DNA from: an uncultured Desulfobacter sp.
GTDB taxonomy: Bacteria > Desulfobacterota > Desulfobacteria > Desulfobacterales > Desulfobacteraceae
Length of the DNA stretch: 64,000 nt
NCBI GenBank assembly: GCA_963665095.1
Contig: OY762069.1
Span: 96,001 to 160,000, forward strand
Reading direction: 5' to 3'
The notes under the pieces were generated by a model, which was given only the letters and a program-made list of their open reading frames with translations, had not been told where the DNA came from and did no database searches. Position 1 is the stretch's first letter; each line of letters starts with the position of its first letter. Below, piece after piece: positions 50,150 to 60,924 of this stretch. A program made the translations under genes and the position numbers.

Positions 50150-50200
50150 GGCTGGTTGTACTCAGGGGCTGTATTGCAGCTTAAGGAATTGAAATGCTTG

Positions 50201-50570
50201 TCATTTGGGCTCCTTGGTGCTTGGCCGTAAACCATATTGTTTTTTAAAGGCATCGGAGAAACGGCCCGGGTATGTAAACCCCACAGCCCATGAGACTTCC
50301 TTGATATTCATATGTCCCTCTTCCAGGAGCTGTTTTGCATGCGCCATCCGGGTCTGCCTTCCGGTTTGCACAAAATTCACTGATGCCCCTTGTTTTTGGC
50401 AGGCAGGAGATATAATGGGTGCAGTCCGTAATGGTCATTTTCAACCCCGGCCGCAACTCAATCTCCCGGGCCCATTGGGGCAGGGGATGGCGGTTTTCCT
50501 GATATGTCCCGGAATGCCTTATATTCTTTTTTCTTTCAGACGGGTTTACAATTGAGACTATTGGATTCAT
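50201..50570 (-). pseudogene. Internally deleted AraC regulator
   Basis: N-terminal IELRPGLKMTI, and in another frame RMAHAKQLLEEGHMNIKEVSWAVGF...FKKQYG. Confidence 0.75.
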
Positions 50571-50767
50571 AAGCGTATTATTTCTTCATTCTTTAATCTT
50601 TTGAGGTTAGGTTGCTTTGTCTTTGAACAAATAATTATATCGCTTACATTTATTTGTTGACAGGAATAATTTCTTGATCCTAACTTATGGGCAAAGTTTT
50701 ATACAGCCGAAGGACATTGGCTGAAAAATTAATGAAAGAAGGGTTTGCCTAAGGGGCATAAGCTTAA

Positions 50768-51745
50768 ATGAAAAACAGTACACATATTGAATTATGGGGC
50801 TCAGGCAAACAACATGAGGTTATCAAAGAAACGCCATGTGCCCATGAACTGGATACGCCCTTTGAATCCTGCTGGCCCATGGCAGACGGTTATCTGAAAA
50901 AAATTAATTTAAAGCCCGGGCTTGACCTTTATATCATGGACTGGGATCCCGGGACCGGATTTACCATGAACGCATCGGTCTGGCCTGCCGGATTTGGATT
51001 TAAGTTCTTTATTTCAGGGAAAATGAAATATCAGAACTGCGCCGTCAACGACGAAATGATCATGTCGGCAGGGCTTAACCGGTTTTCGTTTTTTCCTGTT
51101 TCCAAGGGTTCCGGCCAATGCATGTCACAGGACAGAGTAAAAGTTGTAATCATCTCCATGGTCCCATCCTTTTTTCTTTCCCTGTTTCAAGATACCCCTT
51201 CCGGGATACCGCCAACCCTGCCTGTTCCTGCATTGAACAAGGCGTTTTACCATATCAGCCCCAATTCCCCTTCCATGGAGACCGCTGCCCTGGATATCTT
51301 TAACTGTAGTTTTCATGGAAATTTGAAAAAAGTCTTTCTGGAGGGCAAAGCACTGGAGCTTGCCGCCTGCCAGCTCCACAGCCTTATCCCGTGCCAGAAG
51401 CCAGCCCGGCTTTCCGGGCAGGAACGTGACAAAATACGGGCAGCCAGGGAAATTCTTGTCCGCTATATTGATGCCCCGCCTGCTTTTGTAGACCTTGCCG
51501 GAATGGTGGGGATGCCCCACAACCGTCTTTCCATGGGGTTCCAGGCCATGTACGGCACCACTCCCTTTGCCCTGCTTCGGGATCTGAGACTGGAAAAATC
51601 CCGGACCCTTCTCAAATCACAAACCTTTAATGTAACCCAGGTGGCCATGGATGTGGGCTATGCATCCTTAAGCCACTTTGCCAAAGCCTTTAAAAAAAAG
51701 TACGGCATTTCACCAAAGCAATACCAGCTTAACGCCCTATCCTGA
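50768..51745 (+). CDS. AraC family regulator
   Basis: FLEGKALEL and VAMDVGYASLSHFAKAFKKKYG. Confidence 0.93.
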   Translation: MKNSTHIELWGSGKQHEVIKETPCAHELDTPFESCWPMADGYLKKINLKPGLDLYIMDWDPGTGFTMNASVWPAGFGFKFFISGKMKYQNCAVNDEMIMSAGLNRFSFFPVSKGSGQCMSQDRVKVVIISMVPSFFLSLFQDTPSGIPPTLPVPALNKAFYHISPNSPSMETAALDIFNCSFHGNLKKVFLEGKALELAACQLHSLIPCQKPARLSGQERDKIRAAREILVRYIDAPPAFVDLAGMVGMPHNRLSMGFQAMYGTTPFALLRDLRLEKSRTLLKSQTFNVTQVAMDVGYASLSHFAKAFKKKYGISPKQYQLNALS

Positions 51746-51886
51746 ATTTTTCTTTCCAAGGCGCCTTTTTTTTCTTTTTATTACGGAATCATCCAAAAAA
51801 GGGATGGGTTCGTTAGAAATAATCGGCGGTTTTTTGTACATCTGTTCCGGACAGTTCATAAGCACAAGCTAACTTTTAGGACAAAG

Positions 51887-53137
51887 ATGGAAACATCCGT
51901 ACAAAAAAAACGTAAACCGTTAAGCACCTGGCTGCTTTTGGCCAGCCTCTATATGACCCAGTATCTGGGCCTGGGATTTTTCTGGATCGCTCTTGTAACC
52001 ATTATGCGGCAGCAGGGCATAGCCCTTGAAAAACTGGGGATCATCTATTCTCTTACACTGTTCTGGGTGGTTAAATTTTTATGGGCCCCCCTGGTTGACC
52101 GCTTCAGCATTAAACGGCTGGGTCATTACCGGACCTGGCTGCTGTTCACCCAGACCGGCATGGTGGCTTGCCTTGTTCTTATTGGTTTCTTTGACATTAC
52201 AACTCAGTTTTCGGCTGTTTTTGCAGGATGTGTGGGCCTGGCCTTTTTATCCGCCACCCAGGATATCGCCGTTGACGGACTTTCCTGCTGCCTGCTGTCT
52301 AAAAAGGAACGGGGCATGGGCAACGCAATCCAGGCCGCCGGCGGCATGGTGGGCAACATGCTGGGGGGCGGGGCTGTCATCATGGCTTATCCCTTTCTGG
52401 GCTGGTCAGGCTGCATGGGGATACTGGCCGCAGGCACATTGCTCTCCCTGGTCCAGGTGATCTGTTTTCGTGAGCCTTTCCATCCTGTGGAATCAACTGA
52501 TAACAAACCATTTCTTAACCGTTTCCACAGTTTCTGGCTGGTCCCCGGGCATAAACAATGGCTGATGGTCATTTTGATTTTTCCTGTGGGCAATGCATTA
52601 GGCTTTGCATTAATCACCCCCATACTGGTAGATGCCGGCTGGCCCATGGCGCGCATCGGCATGCTGGTCAATATGCTTGGCGCAACCTTGAGTGTGCTGG
52701 CCGCGCTTTTAACCGGAAGGCTTTTGCGGCACCAGACCCGGTTTGCCGTAACAACCGGCACGGCTGCAGCCCAGATTCTGGGGCTTTTTGCCCTGGCATG
52801 GCTGTTGACCGGCCCCTGCACAACCCTAAGGGTTTATGGTGCGGCAGGCCTGTATTTCCTCAGCCGGGGGGCCTTGTTTGCCCTGCTGAACACCCTGATG
52901 ATGGACCGGGCCTCATTAAAAAGTCCTGCCACGGATTTTACCCTTCAATACAGTGTTTCCTCCTTTGCCATGCTTCTGGCCGCCATATCCGGCGCAGCAC
53001 TGGCAGGCCGGACAAGTTACCTTGCAGTCATGTCGGGTGCCTGCGCCATCGCCTGTCTGGCCATGGCGGTTTCCATATATGCGGCCCCACCTGAATCAGG
53101 AAAGAATTTTTCCACAACCAGAAAGGAAGGTATATAA
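51887..53137 (+). CDS. AmpG/RhtX/FptX-type MFS transporter
   Basis: WVVKFLWAPLVDR, SATQDIAVDG, ATDFTLQ. Confidence 0.88.
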   Translation: METSVQKKRKPLSTWLLLASLYMTQYLGLGFFWIALVTIMRQQGIALEKLGIIYSLTLFWVVKFLWAPLVDRFSIKRLGHYRTWLLFTQTGMVACLVLIGFFDITTQFSAVFAGCVGLAFLSATQDIAVDGLSCCLLSKKERGMGNAIQAAGGMVGNMLGGGAVIMAYPFLGWSGCMGILAAGTLLSLVQVICFREPFHPVESTDNKPFLNRFHSFWLVPGHKQWLMVILIFPVGNALGFALITPILVDAGWPMARIGMLVNMLGATLSVLAALLTGRLLRHQTRFAVTTGTAAAQILGLFALAWLLTGPCTTLRVYGAAGLYFLSRGALFALLNTLMMDRASLKSPATDFTLQYSVSSFAMLLAAISGAALAGRTSYLAVMSGACAIACLAMAVSIYAAPPESGKNFSTTRKEGI

Positions 53138-53138
53138 G

Positions 53139-54164
53139 ATGGATCCATCTGCCCCGAAATTCAAACCCTTTTACAACCAGTTGACCCTGGGATACCTGCC
53201 CGCCATTGTCAACGGTGCACTCCAGGCCGGGATTTTTGAGGCCCTGGAAAAAGAAAGTGCAAGTGCCGGCACCTTAGCTCAGAAACTTCATGCCGATCCC
53301 GGTGTTTTGGAGGCAGTTCTGGAAGTTCTTTCGGCCATAGATCTTCTGGCCCGGGGCAAGGATGGCCGATATCACTTAACCAGGGAGGCAATACACTTTC
53401 TTCTCAAGGCTTCGCCGGCCGCCCAGATCAGGGAGATTCAATCCTTTTGCATGCGCCCCGGTCCCTTTGACAACCTGTCCGGCCGCCTGAAAAACCAGGC
53501 CCCTGATTTTGACTCTGCCGCCTTTGGTGACAAGGAGATGCTCCTGGATCTTGAACAAAGGGCCCGGGGCGGACAGATTCAGGAAGTGGTGGAATTTATC
53601 TGCGCGATCCCAAAGTTCGCATCTTTCAGGCTTATGTGCGATTTTGCCGGAAGTTCCGGATACTACTCCCGGGAATTGTTGAATAAAAATCCAGGCCTTA
53701 AATCAAAGGTTTATGACACGCCCAGGGTCGCTGCGCTTGCCGAACAGATGGTGGGGGACCGGGGAACCTGCGGCCGCCTGGAATTTATCGGTATTGATGT
53801 GGAAACCTGCCCGGATTTCGGCTGTGGGTATGACCTGTTTTTTGTTTCCCATTTTCTGTACCACTGGGCAGCGGCAGGCCGCTTGCCCCGGTTTCTCAAA
53901 AGAGTCAACCAGGCCATGCGCCCGGGAGGCATCTTTGTATCCAACCATATCGGCAATGCCGTGGATGAAAAGGCCCGGATTACCCAGTCAATTTTTGAGC
54001 TTTTGGCCAGAACCCAAGGGTACCCCACCCTGACCCTTGATGAATCAATATTAAAAGACGCCCTTTTGGCCGCCGGGTTCTCTGAGTTCAGGACCCGGCC
54101 GGCCCAGGACGGCACCCATTTGAACAACACCCTGTTGTCAGCAAAAAAAATAGAGGAGATATAG
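53139..54164 (+). CDS. O-methyltransferase (degenerate motif I)
   Basis: ALQAGIFEAL, CDFAGSSG, AMRPGG; ATG 53139 after GGAAGG. Confidence 0.85.
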   Translation: MDPSAPKFKPFYNQLTLGYLPAIVNGALQAGIFEALEKESASAGTLAQKLHADPGVLEAVLEVLSAIDLLARGKDGRYHLTREAIHFLLKASPAAQIREIQSFCMRPGPFDNLSGRLKNQAPDFDSAAFGDKEMLLDLEQRARGGQIQEVVEFICAIPKFASFRLMCDFAGSSGYYSRELLNKNPGLKSKVYDTPRVAALAEQMVGDRGTCGRLEFIGIDVETCPDFGCGYDLFFVSHFLYHWAAAGRLPRFLKRVNQAMRPGGIFVSNHIGNAVDEKARITQSIFELLARTQGYPTLTLDESILKDALLAAGFSEFRTRPAQDGTHLNNTLLSAKKIEEI

Positions 54165-54167
54165 ACC

Positions 54168-56279
54168 ATGAAAAAATTGAATTGCCCGGGGTTTCACTTT
54201 CTGATCTTTTTTCAGATCATTGCAGTGTTACTGCTCCTATTGTCAATGGCCCGGCCCGGACTTGCCCAAACCCGGACCGAAGATCCTGAAGTCATGGACG
54301 ACATAGTGGTTACCGCAGAAAAACGCAAACAATCCTTAAAAGAAGTTCCCGTGTCCATCACGGTGATCAACGATCTTGACATTCAGGACAGCAATGTCAG
54401 GGATGTGAAAGATATTTTCAATCTGGTGCCCAATCTGTCTGTCGGCGCCCAGAATCAGAATGTAACCTATGTGAACTGCCGGGGTGTCAGCCCCAGCATG
54501 ATAAACCGCCGTAACCCTTTTGTCATGTACGTGGACGGGGTCCCTTCCAGCAAAATCAGTGGATATAATGCCGATTTCACCAATGTTGAATCCGTTGAGG
54601 TCCTCAGGGGGCCCCAGGGCACCCTTTACGGTAAAAATGCCATGGGCGGTGTTATGAATATCACCACAAAAGCGCCGTCCAATGATTTGGAAAGCCGGGT
54701 GTCCATGGATATTTCAGAAAATGAGACCTATTTTTTTAACGCCGCCGTCAGCGGCCCCATTAAAAATGACACGCTGTTTTTTGGTCTCTGGGCCTCTGAA
54801 TATCAGACCCGGGGCTACATGGAAAACGATCATCCGGACCAGGACTACTACGATGACAGGGATATCTTCAACGTCAGGGGGCGGCTGCGCTGGGTGCCCA
54901 GTGAACAGTTGGAACTCAACCTGTTTTCAGGCAAAGAGATCCGGCAGGGCGGGGACGGCCCCATGATCGGGGATTCCCGGATCCGGTTTCATGAATACAA
55001 AAATCCGGATGATCATGTGGATGCGGACAATTTTGACAATGCCCTTCATGCCCGGTTCCATGCACAACATTTTGATATTGTGTCCACCACCACGTATAAG
55101 AAGGCAACCGAAGACTATGATGTGGATTATTCCTATGGCAGCCGTTCGGTGACCCACGGTATTCTGGATTATGAAGGCACCACCTTTTCCCAGGAACTTC
55201 GCCTTCAGTCCCCGGACGGCCGGGACGGCATCACCTGGATTGCCGGTACTTATTTTGAATATGACCAGGACAAGGACAAAGAGATGTCCATGCAATACCT
55301 TCCTTCAGCGATGATGAACTTTAACCGGAAAACCGACTGGCCCTGCACCACAACCGGGAAAACAGCCGCCCTGTTTGCTCAAGCCTTTGTCCCGTTTCTT
55401 AATGCCTTTAAATTCACCATCGGTGCCCGGTATGAAACTGTAAACAAGGAAATGGATTACCACAGGACCACCACCAATCTGGACACAGATACGGTGATCA
55501 GCACGGCAGACTATACCATTGAAGATGACTGGGACAGCTTTACACCGAAAGTTGCACTGGATTACCGGATCTCAGACAATATCATGACCTATGTCAGCGT
55601 GTCCCAGGGATATCTTGCCGGAGGATTCAACAACACCATTGATGATCCTTCTGCCACCACCTATGATCCCCAGACCTCGACCAGTTATGACTGGGGGGCT
55701 AAAACCTTTTGGCTCAACAACCGCCTGGCCTGCAACCTTTCTTTGTTTTATATGGACATAAAGGACATGCAGGTAACCGAGTATCCTTCAGCCTATGTCA
55801 TGGTGGCCTCCAATGCGGGCAGGGCCCACAGCTACGGCGGGGAACTGGAAGTTAAATACAGACCTTTGCAGGGGCTGCTGCTTTATACGGGTCTTGGGTT
55901 GATTCGGGGCGAATATGACGAATATATGGGATACGGCGGGGTAGATTACGCCGGAAACAAACTGAAAAACACCCCTGAATATTCCATGAATGCCGGCATT
56001 CAATACCGCCATTCTTCAGGCTTTTACACCGGCCTGGACATACAGGGGTATGGAAAAACCTATTTTAACGAATCCAACGAAAAGACCTCCGTACGGGATC
56101 CTTATCGTATTGTGAATGTAAAGCTGGGCGTGGAGCTTTCTAAATGGGATTTTTACGTTTACGTTAAAAATTTATTTGACGAGGAATATTACGCCAGTAT
56201 TTTTACCAGCAATATCAGAAATTCATATATGGTCGGCAGCCCCCGGACCATCGGCACTCAAATTGTTTTTCGGTTTTAA
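54168..56279 (+). CDS. TonB-dependent receptor
   Basis: DDIVVTAEKR, VESVEVLRGPQGTLYGKN, C-terminal FRF. Confidence 0.95.
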   Translation: MKKLNCPGFHFLIFFQIIAVLLLLLSMARPGLAQTRTEDPEVMDDIVVTAEKRKQSLKEVPVSITVINDLDIQDSNVRDVKDIFNLVPNLSVGAQNQNVTYVNCRGVSPSMINRRNPFVMYVDGVPSSKISGYNADFTNVESVEVLRGPQGTLYGKNAMGGVMNITTKAPSNDLESRVSMDISENETYFFNAAVSGPIKNDTLFFGLWASEYQTRGYMENDHPDQDYYDDRDIFNVRGRLRWVPSEQLELNLFSGKEIRQGGDGPMIGDSRIRFHEYKNPDDHVDADNFDNALHARFHAQHFDIVSTTTYKKATEDYDVDYSYGSRSVTHGILDYEGTTFSQELRLQSPDGRDGITWIAGTYFEYDQDKDKEMSMQYLPSAMMNFNRKTDWPCTTTGKTAALFAQAFVPFLNAFKFTIGARYETVNKEMDYHRTTTNLDTDTVISTADYTIEDDWDSFTPKVALDYRISDNIMTYVSVSQGYLAGGFNNTIDDPSATTYDPQTSTSYDWGAKTFWLNNRLACNLSLFYMDIKDMQVTEYPSAYVMVASNAGRAHSYGGELEVKYRPLQGLLLYTGLGLIRGEYDEYMGYGGVDYAGNKLKNTPEYSMNAGIQYRHSSGFYTGLDIQGYGKTYFNESNEKTSVRDPYRIVNVKLGVELSKWDFYVYVKNLFDEEYYASIFTSNIRNSYMVGSPRTIGTQIVFRF

Positions 56280-56395
56280 CAGCAACTATTGCAGCATCTT
56301 TCACCCGTCACTACGGGTGAAAGATGCTTTTCAGGCAGGTCAGGCGGGGATAGTTGCGCTTCCATGAAAATCAGCCCCCATTTAGAATTTCATTT

Positions 56396-57958
56396 TCATG
56401 ACAGCAGTTTGTAAATGATGAGTTCTTCTTCTTTTCCCTTAACCCTGACCGGCGGCAATTGTTCGGTCTGATAAGAACCGGTCAACAGGTCCCGGGTGGT
56501 TTTGCTCAGAATAATATCCGTGCCGTAATCCTTTGACAGTCCTTCAATTCGTGAGGCCGTGTTTACCGTATCTCCGACCAGGGCATAGGACATGCGTTTC
56601 CGGCTGCCGATATTTCCGGCCAGGACCGCTCCTGAATGAAGCCCTATGCCGTGTTTGAGCTTAACAAGGTTTTTCCCGGCGAGTTCCCGGTTTAGCCGGG
56701 CAAGCCCTTGCCTCATGTCAAGGGCGGCTTTAACCGCCCTTTCCGGATGATCCTCAACCGGAACCGGTGCCCCGAATACCGCCTCAATCTCATCCCCTAT
56801 ATATTGCAGAATCAATCCCCCATGGGCTTCGATGATCCCGGCCATTTCATCGAAATACCGGTTGATGATCCTGACCACCTCCCTGGGATGATTTTTTTCT
56901 ACCAGGCCTGTGAAATTCCGCAGATCACAGAACAACAGGGTCACCCGTTTCATTTCTCCTTCCAAAGAGACCCTGCCGGCCATGATTTCATCTCGAATCT
57001 CCCTGCCCACATACCGCCCCAAAGAATCCCTGACCATCTCATTTTCCTTGAGACTGCAGATCATGGCATTGATTCCCTGGGCCATGTCTGCCAGCTCATC
57101 ATTGGACATGATTTCCACCCGGGTCGAAAGATCATTTTTTTTCACTGCTTTCACAGCCGCCTGGATGCTTGACAGAGGCGCCAGAATACTGTCGGACAAA
57201 AGATAGGCCAAAGCCAGGCAAACGATCAGGGAGACCAGGGAAATATACCCCAGTTCCCAGAGCAACGCTGTCGTCAGGGCCTGCCTCGCACCGTCTCCCA
57301 CGGTGGTAATGGCCTGGATACGGGTCATTATGGCTGCGGCACTCATGGGAAGCGGAATCAGGATGATGCTCAATAGGACCAGAGTAAACCGTTTGCGTAC
57401 GCTGATCCTGAACCCATAGGCAATCCGGTTGGAACCGTTGGAAAAAAATGCCGGAATGTGGCTGCGCCAGGCCTTTTCCAGGCAGAAAAACAGCAAGAGG
57501 CAGGTCTCTCCTCCTCCCAAAAGGGCAATACCCATAAGGTCTTTAACGGAGGAGAATAACGAAGGAGGCATAAGACCGAACAATTTTGCCCTGATCAGGG
57601 GGATAACAAGCCCGAAGAGGAAACCGGCAAGAATCCATATCCCGAAAGAAATCATTGTCATGGACATGGGCAGTTGAAGTGCTTGCCGCTGGAGATAATA
57701 GACCGTTTCCTGATCAAAATCGTGTATGGCGCTTTTATTGTCAGCCACTTTGGCCAGCAGTCGGATTGATTTTGTCATCAATAAAAAAAAACTTAAGGCC
57801 AGAAAGGCGGAACCACCCAGAAAAAAAATAAGGTTCCACTCCCAGGGAACGCAGTCAGGACCGGACTTTTCAACCGGCAGAATCCCCCCGAAATAGACAA
57901 AGGTTGAAACGGCGCCAGACAGGTTGAGCAATATCAGAATGATTCTAAGTTTAAACAT
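56396..57958 (-). CDS. Membrane class III adenylate/guanylate cyclase with HAMP domain
   Basis: LFCDLRNFT, YIGDEI, GIGLHSG, GDTVNTASRIE. Confidence 0.93.
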   Translation of the reverse strand: MFKLRIILILLNLSGAVSTFVYFGGILPVEKSGPDCVPWEWNLIFFLGGSAFLALSFFLLMTKSIRLLAKVADNKSAIHDFDQETVYYLQRQALQLPMSMTMISFGIWILAGFLFGLVIPLIRAKLFGLMPPSLFSSVKDLMGIALLGGGETCLLLFFCLEKAWRSHIPAFFSNGSNRIAYGFRISVRKRFTLVLLSIILIPLPMSAAAIMTRIQAITTVGDGARQALTTALLWELGYISLVSLIVCLALAYLLSDSILAPLSSIQAAVKAVKKNDLSTRVEIMSNDELADMAQGINAMICSLKENEMVRDSLGRYVGREIRDEIMAGRVSLEGEMKRVTLLFCDLRNFTGLVEKNHPREVVRIINRYFDEMAGIIEAHGGLILQYIGDEIEAVFGAPVPVEDHPERAVKAALDMRQGLARLNRELAGKNLVKLKHGIGLHSGAVLAGNIGSRKRMSYALVGDTVNTASRIEGLSKDYGTDIILSKTTRDLLTGSYQTEQLPPVRVKGKEEELIIYKLLS

Positions 57959-58170
57959 TGTCTCGCCTTGAATAACGTTATGTATCCGTACCTATATACC
58001 CAGGCTATTTCCCACGGATCGTAACATCGTGTTGATCCTTTTGGAAACAAGGGTTGTCTTCCTTTGATTATAGTGATGATAAGTGTATCATTAAAAAAAC
58101 ATCAATGAAATGGGATGAATCGACAAAAACAGGGGATGAAAGAGATAATTTTTATTTAAAACGATAATAG

Positions 58171-58740
58171 TTAATTACCGGTAAACCGGTTAAAAAACAA
58201 CGCATCCGCCAGGCCAGGGAAATAGAGATCCAGAAAAGCAAGCAGCCGCTCTGCCGGGCCGGCCAGTATGATGTCATTTTTACCGCCGGCAAGTTTTCGT
58301 AAAAAATTTTTTGCTACCATGTCGGGCGCGGCAAGTTTGATTCGGTTCTTTTTCCATATCTGTCCGCGCTCCCGGCGTTCCGTGTCCGTATTGACGCCTG
58401 ATGGTGAAAACAGGATAAATCGAATATCGGTTGCCCGGTATTCCCTTCTCAGCGATCTGAACAGATTGGCCACACAGGCACGGGACGCTGCGTCGATTGA
58501 AAAATAAGGCATTGAAAGCCGGCCTGCCATAAAGCCGTTGATGTTAACAAAAATGCCTTTCCAGTTTTCAAAAAGAGTTTCAATCACCTGCTGAATTAAA
58601 AAAACTGTTGCTTCAAAATTAACAGCCATTGTATTTCTGATTTCGGTTTCATTAATCTGGCTTTCCCATGCGGGCCTGCAACTGTATACCCTTTTTCAAG
58701 CAGCAGGGAGGCAATCACCGTTTTCTGCATGGGAGGCATC
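58171..58740 (-). pseudogene. SDR oxidoreductase remnant
   Basis: MAVNF...PSGVNTD present; no TGxxxGxG or YxxxK motif. Confidence 0.6.
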
Positions 58741-58942
58741 TTGGGAAATTCAAGCCGGTAAAACCTTGCAAGGGCTGGCTGCGCCTTTTTTAGCCATTTT
58801 CATGGAAAGCATCAAGGTTCTTTCAACGTTGACACTGTTTGAATCACCTTAAAATATGTTTTCAACTGGGCAACGATCAGGGCGGGGAGATACTTGCCCT
58901 GAAATTTATCCCCGAACCTCTTAGCTGCCAACGGTTAAAATG

Positions 58943-59938
58943 TCAGGCTTGACCAGGACCTTGTTTTGCCTTTTTCAGGCACCCGGGATTGATGCTGAAC
59001 TGTTTTTTAAAGGCCCTGGAAAAGTGGCTGACATTAATGTACCCAACGGCATTGGCCGCCTGGGACACAGAATGATGTTCCTCCCTGATCAAAGCCCAGG
59101 CCTGTTCCATTCTCAGTTTCTGGACAAAGGTGAAAATGGTGGTGTTAAAGGTCCGTTTAAACTCTTTTTTCAAGGTGAATTCATTGAGGCCGCATCGTCT
59201 GGCCAGAACCGGGATGGTGGGCGGGTCCAGGAAATCTGCCGTTAAGATGGACTTTGCGTGGGCCAGCTGGTCCCGGATGTCAGGATTTAAGGCCGGGGTG
59301 CCTGGCCTGCCGGTATTCTGGCAGAGCAGCTCCACCTGACGTGACATCAAAAGCAGTGCCCGGCTCTGGTAAAACAGGTCAAGGGCAGGGCCTGAAAGCG
59401 GTGGCGGGTTCACGATCTCCAGGGCTGTTTTTCTTAATTCCGGGTCCAGGGGAAAAGATATATATTCATGCTTCCGGAACAGGCGAATCTGTTTTTCCCC
59501 TGACACATTGTAAATGAGATGGTCCGGAAGATAGCGGAGTAAAAGGCGGGGGTCAATGTGGAGTTCTACACAGGCGACCGGTAGCCCCGGGTCAATGAGC
59601 ATCTGCCCCCGGGCCCCTTTAAGGGAGCCGATGGTTGTGGTATTGGGGCCAATCTGCTGTTTTCTTTCCTTCCCGTCGTCAGCGCTTTTAAATGTACTGA
59701 AAAATTGGCCTGAAAGTGTCAGGCAGAAGGTGACAGGTGCGTTGCCAACCCTGAAGTCAATACGGGGATAGGCGGCAGCCGGCCCGGTCATTATGCTCAG
59801 GTAGAGCCCGGGGGCCACCGGGAAAATTTCAGGAAGGAACGCGGTGTCTTCCGCTCCTTTGATTTCAAAAATAAATTCCCCCGGCCGGCTTTCGGCCGGA
59901 TAGATAAAGTCGGATTCCATTTGAATAAAGGGGGTCAT
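58943..59938 (-). CDS. AraC family regulator
   Basis: CGLNEFTLKKEFK and AVGYINVSHFSRAFKKQF. Confidence 0.92.
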   Translation of the reverse strand: MTPFIQMESDFIYPAESRPGEFIFEIKGAEDTAFLPEIFPVAPGLYLSIMTGPAAAYPRIDFRVGNAPVTFCLTLSGQFFSTFKSADDGKERKQQIGPNTTTIGSLKGARGQMLIDPGLPVACVELHIDPRLLLRYLPDHLIYNVSGEKQIRLFRKHEYISFPLDPELRKTALEIVNPPPLSGPALDLFYQSRALLLMSRQVELLCQNTGRPGTPALNPDIRDQLAHAKSILTADFLDPPTIPVLARRCGLNEFTLKKEFKRTFNTTIFTFVQKLRMEQAWALIREEHHSVSQAANAVGYINVSHFSRAFKKQFSINPGCLKKAKQGPGQA

Positions 59939-60303
59939 GGGAGGAAATGCCTAAATTCACTGCAATTTTGGCATACATCAGAACCCACAAGAGGGGTGTT
60001 TAAGGCAAAAGTATGGGCGTTCAGGTTGTATGGCATAGACACCTGCTGTTTTTGTTAAATATCAGCAACTTTGTATATCTCAATAATAAGTTTGCTGCAA
60101 CTAAAAAATAGCGCTTGACATGGCGGGGCTCGTCGTCTAAATATTAGCTTAACATAACTTATTATGCCATAATTAATCAATGAATTTTTCTGAAGTGAAA
60201 CAATCAATCCAACGTAAAAAAAGTGGGTCATACGCAGATCCTCAGCGCAACAGCAGTGGAAATACAAAAAGTCTGCAGTAAAGACAATTGAAGGAGAAAA
60301 TAG

Positions 60304-60648
60304 ATGGAAAATAATTTCACCATGGAAACCTATGAGCAGGATAAAAAACTACATATCGATTTGAAAGGGACCTTTGACGGCGCATCTGCTTTTGCCTTGA
60401 TCCAGAAGATTGGAGAAGAAATTTGCGATAAAAACAACAGTGTGCATGTGGAGACCAAAGATATCTCAAAAGTCTATTCTTTTGGCCGGTCCATTCTGTC
60501 TTCAAATATCCCTAAAGCACAAAGAAAGAGTCTTTATTTCAGTGGTGCCATGGCGGATCAGATTGCCCCCGACGGGTGTGCTGTTGAAAAATGCAGTGGA
60601 GACTGCAAAAACTGTAAATGCAAAAAACTGTCAATGCAAAATAGATAA
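60304..60648 (+). CDS. STAS-like small protein with a Cys-rich tail
   Basis: LHIDLKGTFDGASA; CSGDCKNCKC. Confidence 0.7.
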   Translation: MENNFTMETYEQDKKLHIDLKGTFDGASAFALIQKIGEEICDKNNSVHVETKDISKVYSFGRSILSSNIPKAQRKSLYFSGAMADQIAPDGCAVEKCSGDCKNCKCKKLSMQNR

Positions 60649-60924
60649 ATAATCCCCCGTAAACCTTGTGCGCCGGGTTTGTCTGACCCGGCTGCAAGCC
60701 TTCTTTGACGCGTGACCGTTTCAGAGTGCAACCCTGAAACGGCCCGTCACACTGCTTCTTTGCTTATGCCGCAGACTTTACAATCCTTATATCTGTGTTA
60801 TTAATTTTAATGTGGCCGCAATCCTGATCCACCTGGGTCCACCAGGTTTTATCTTCAATTTATACCGGAGATTACCCCCATTAAAAAAATAATATACCAA
60901 CTCAGTGAATATGAGAAACAACAG

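Noticed and set aside
50689..50750. GGCAAA...TTTGCC as a c-di-GMP riboswitch
   Set aside because: Lacks the second GCAAA/P2 tetraloop-receptor elements.
58075..58093. Fur-box-like ATGATAAGTGTATCAT
   Set aside because: One base short of the 7-1-7 spacing and not upstream of uptake genes.
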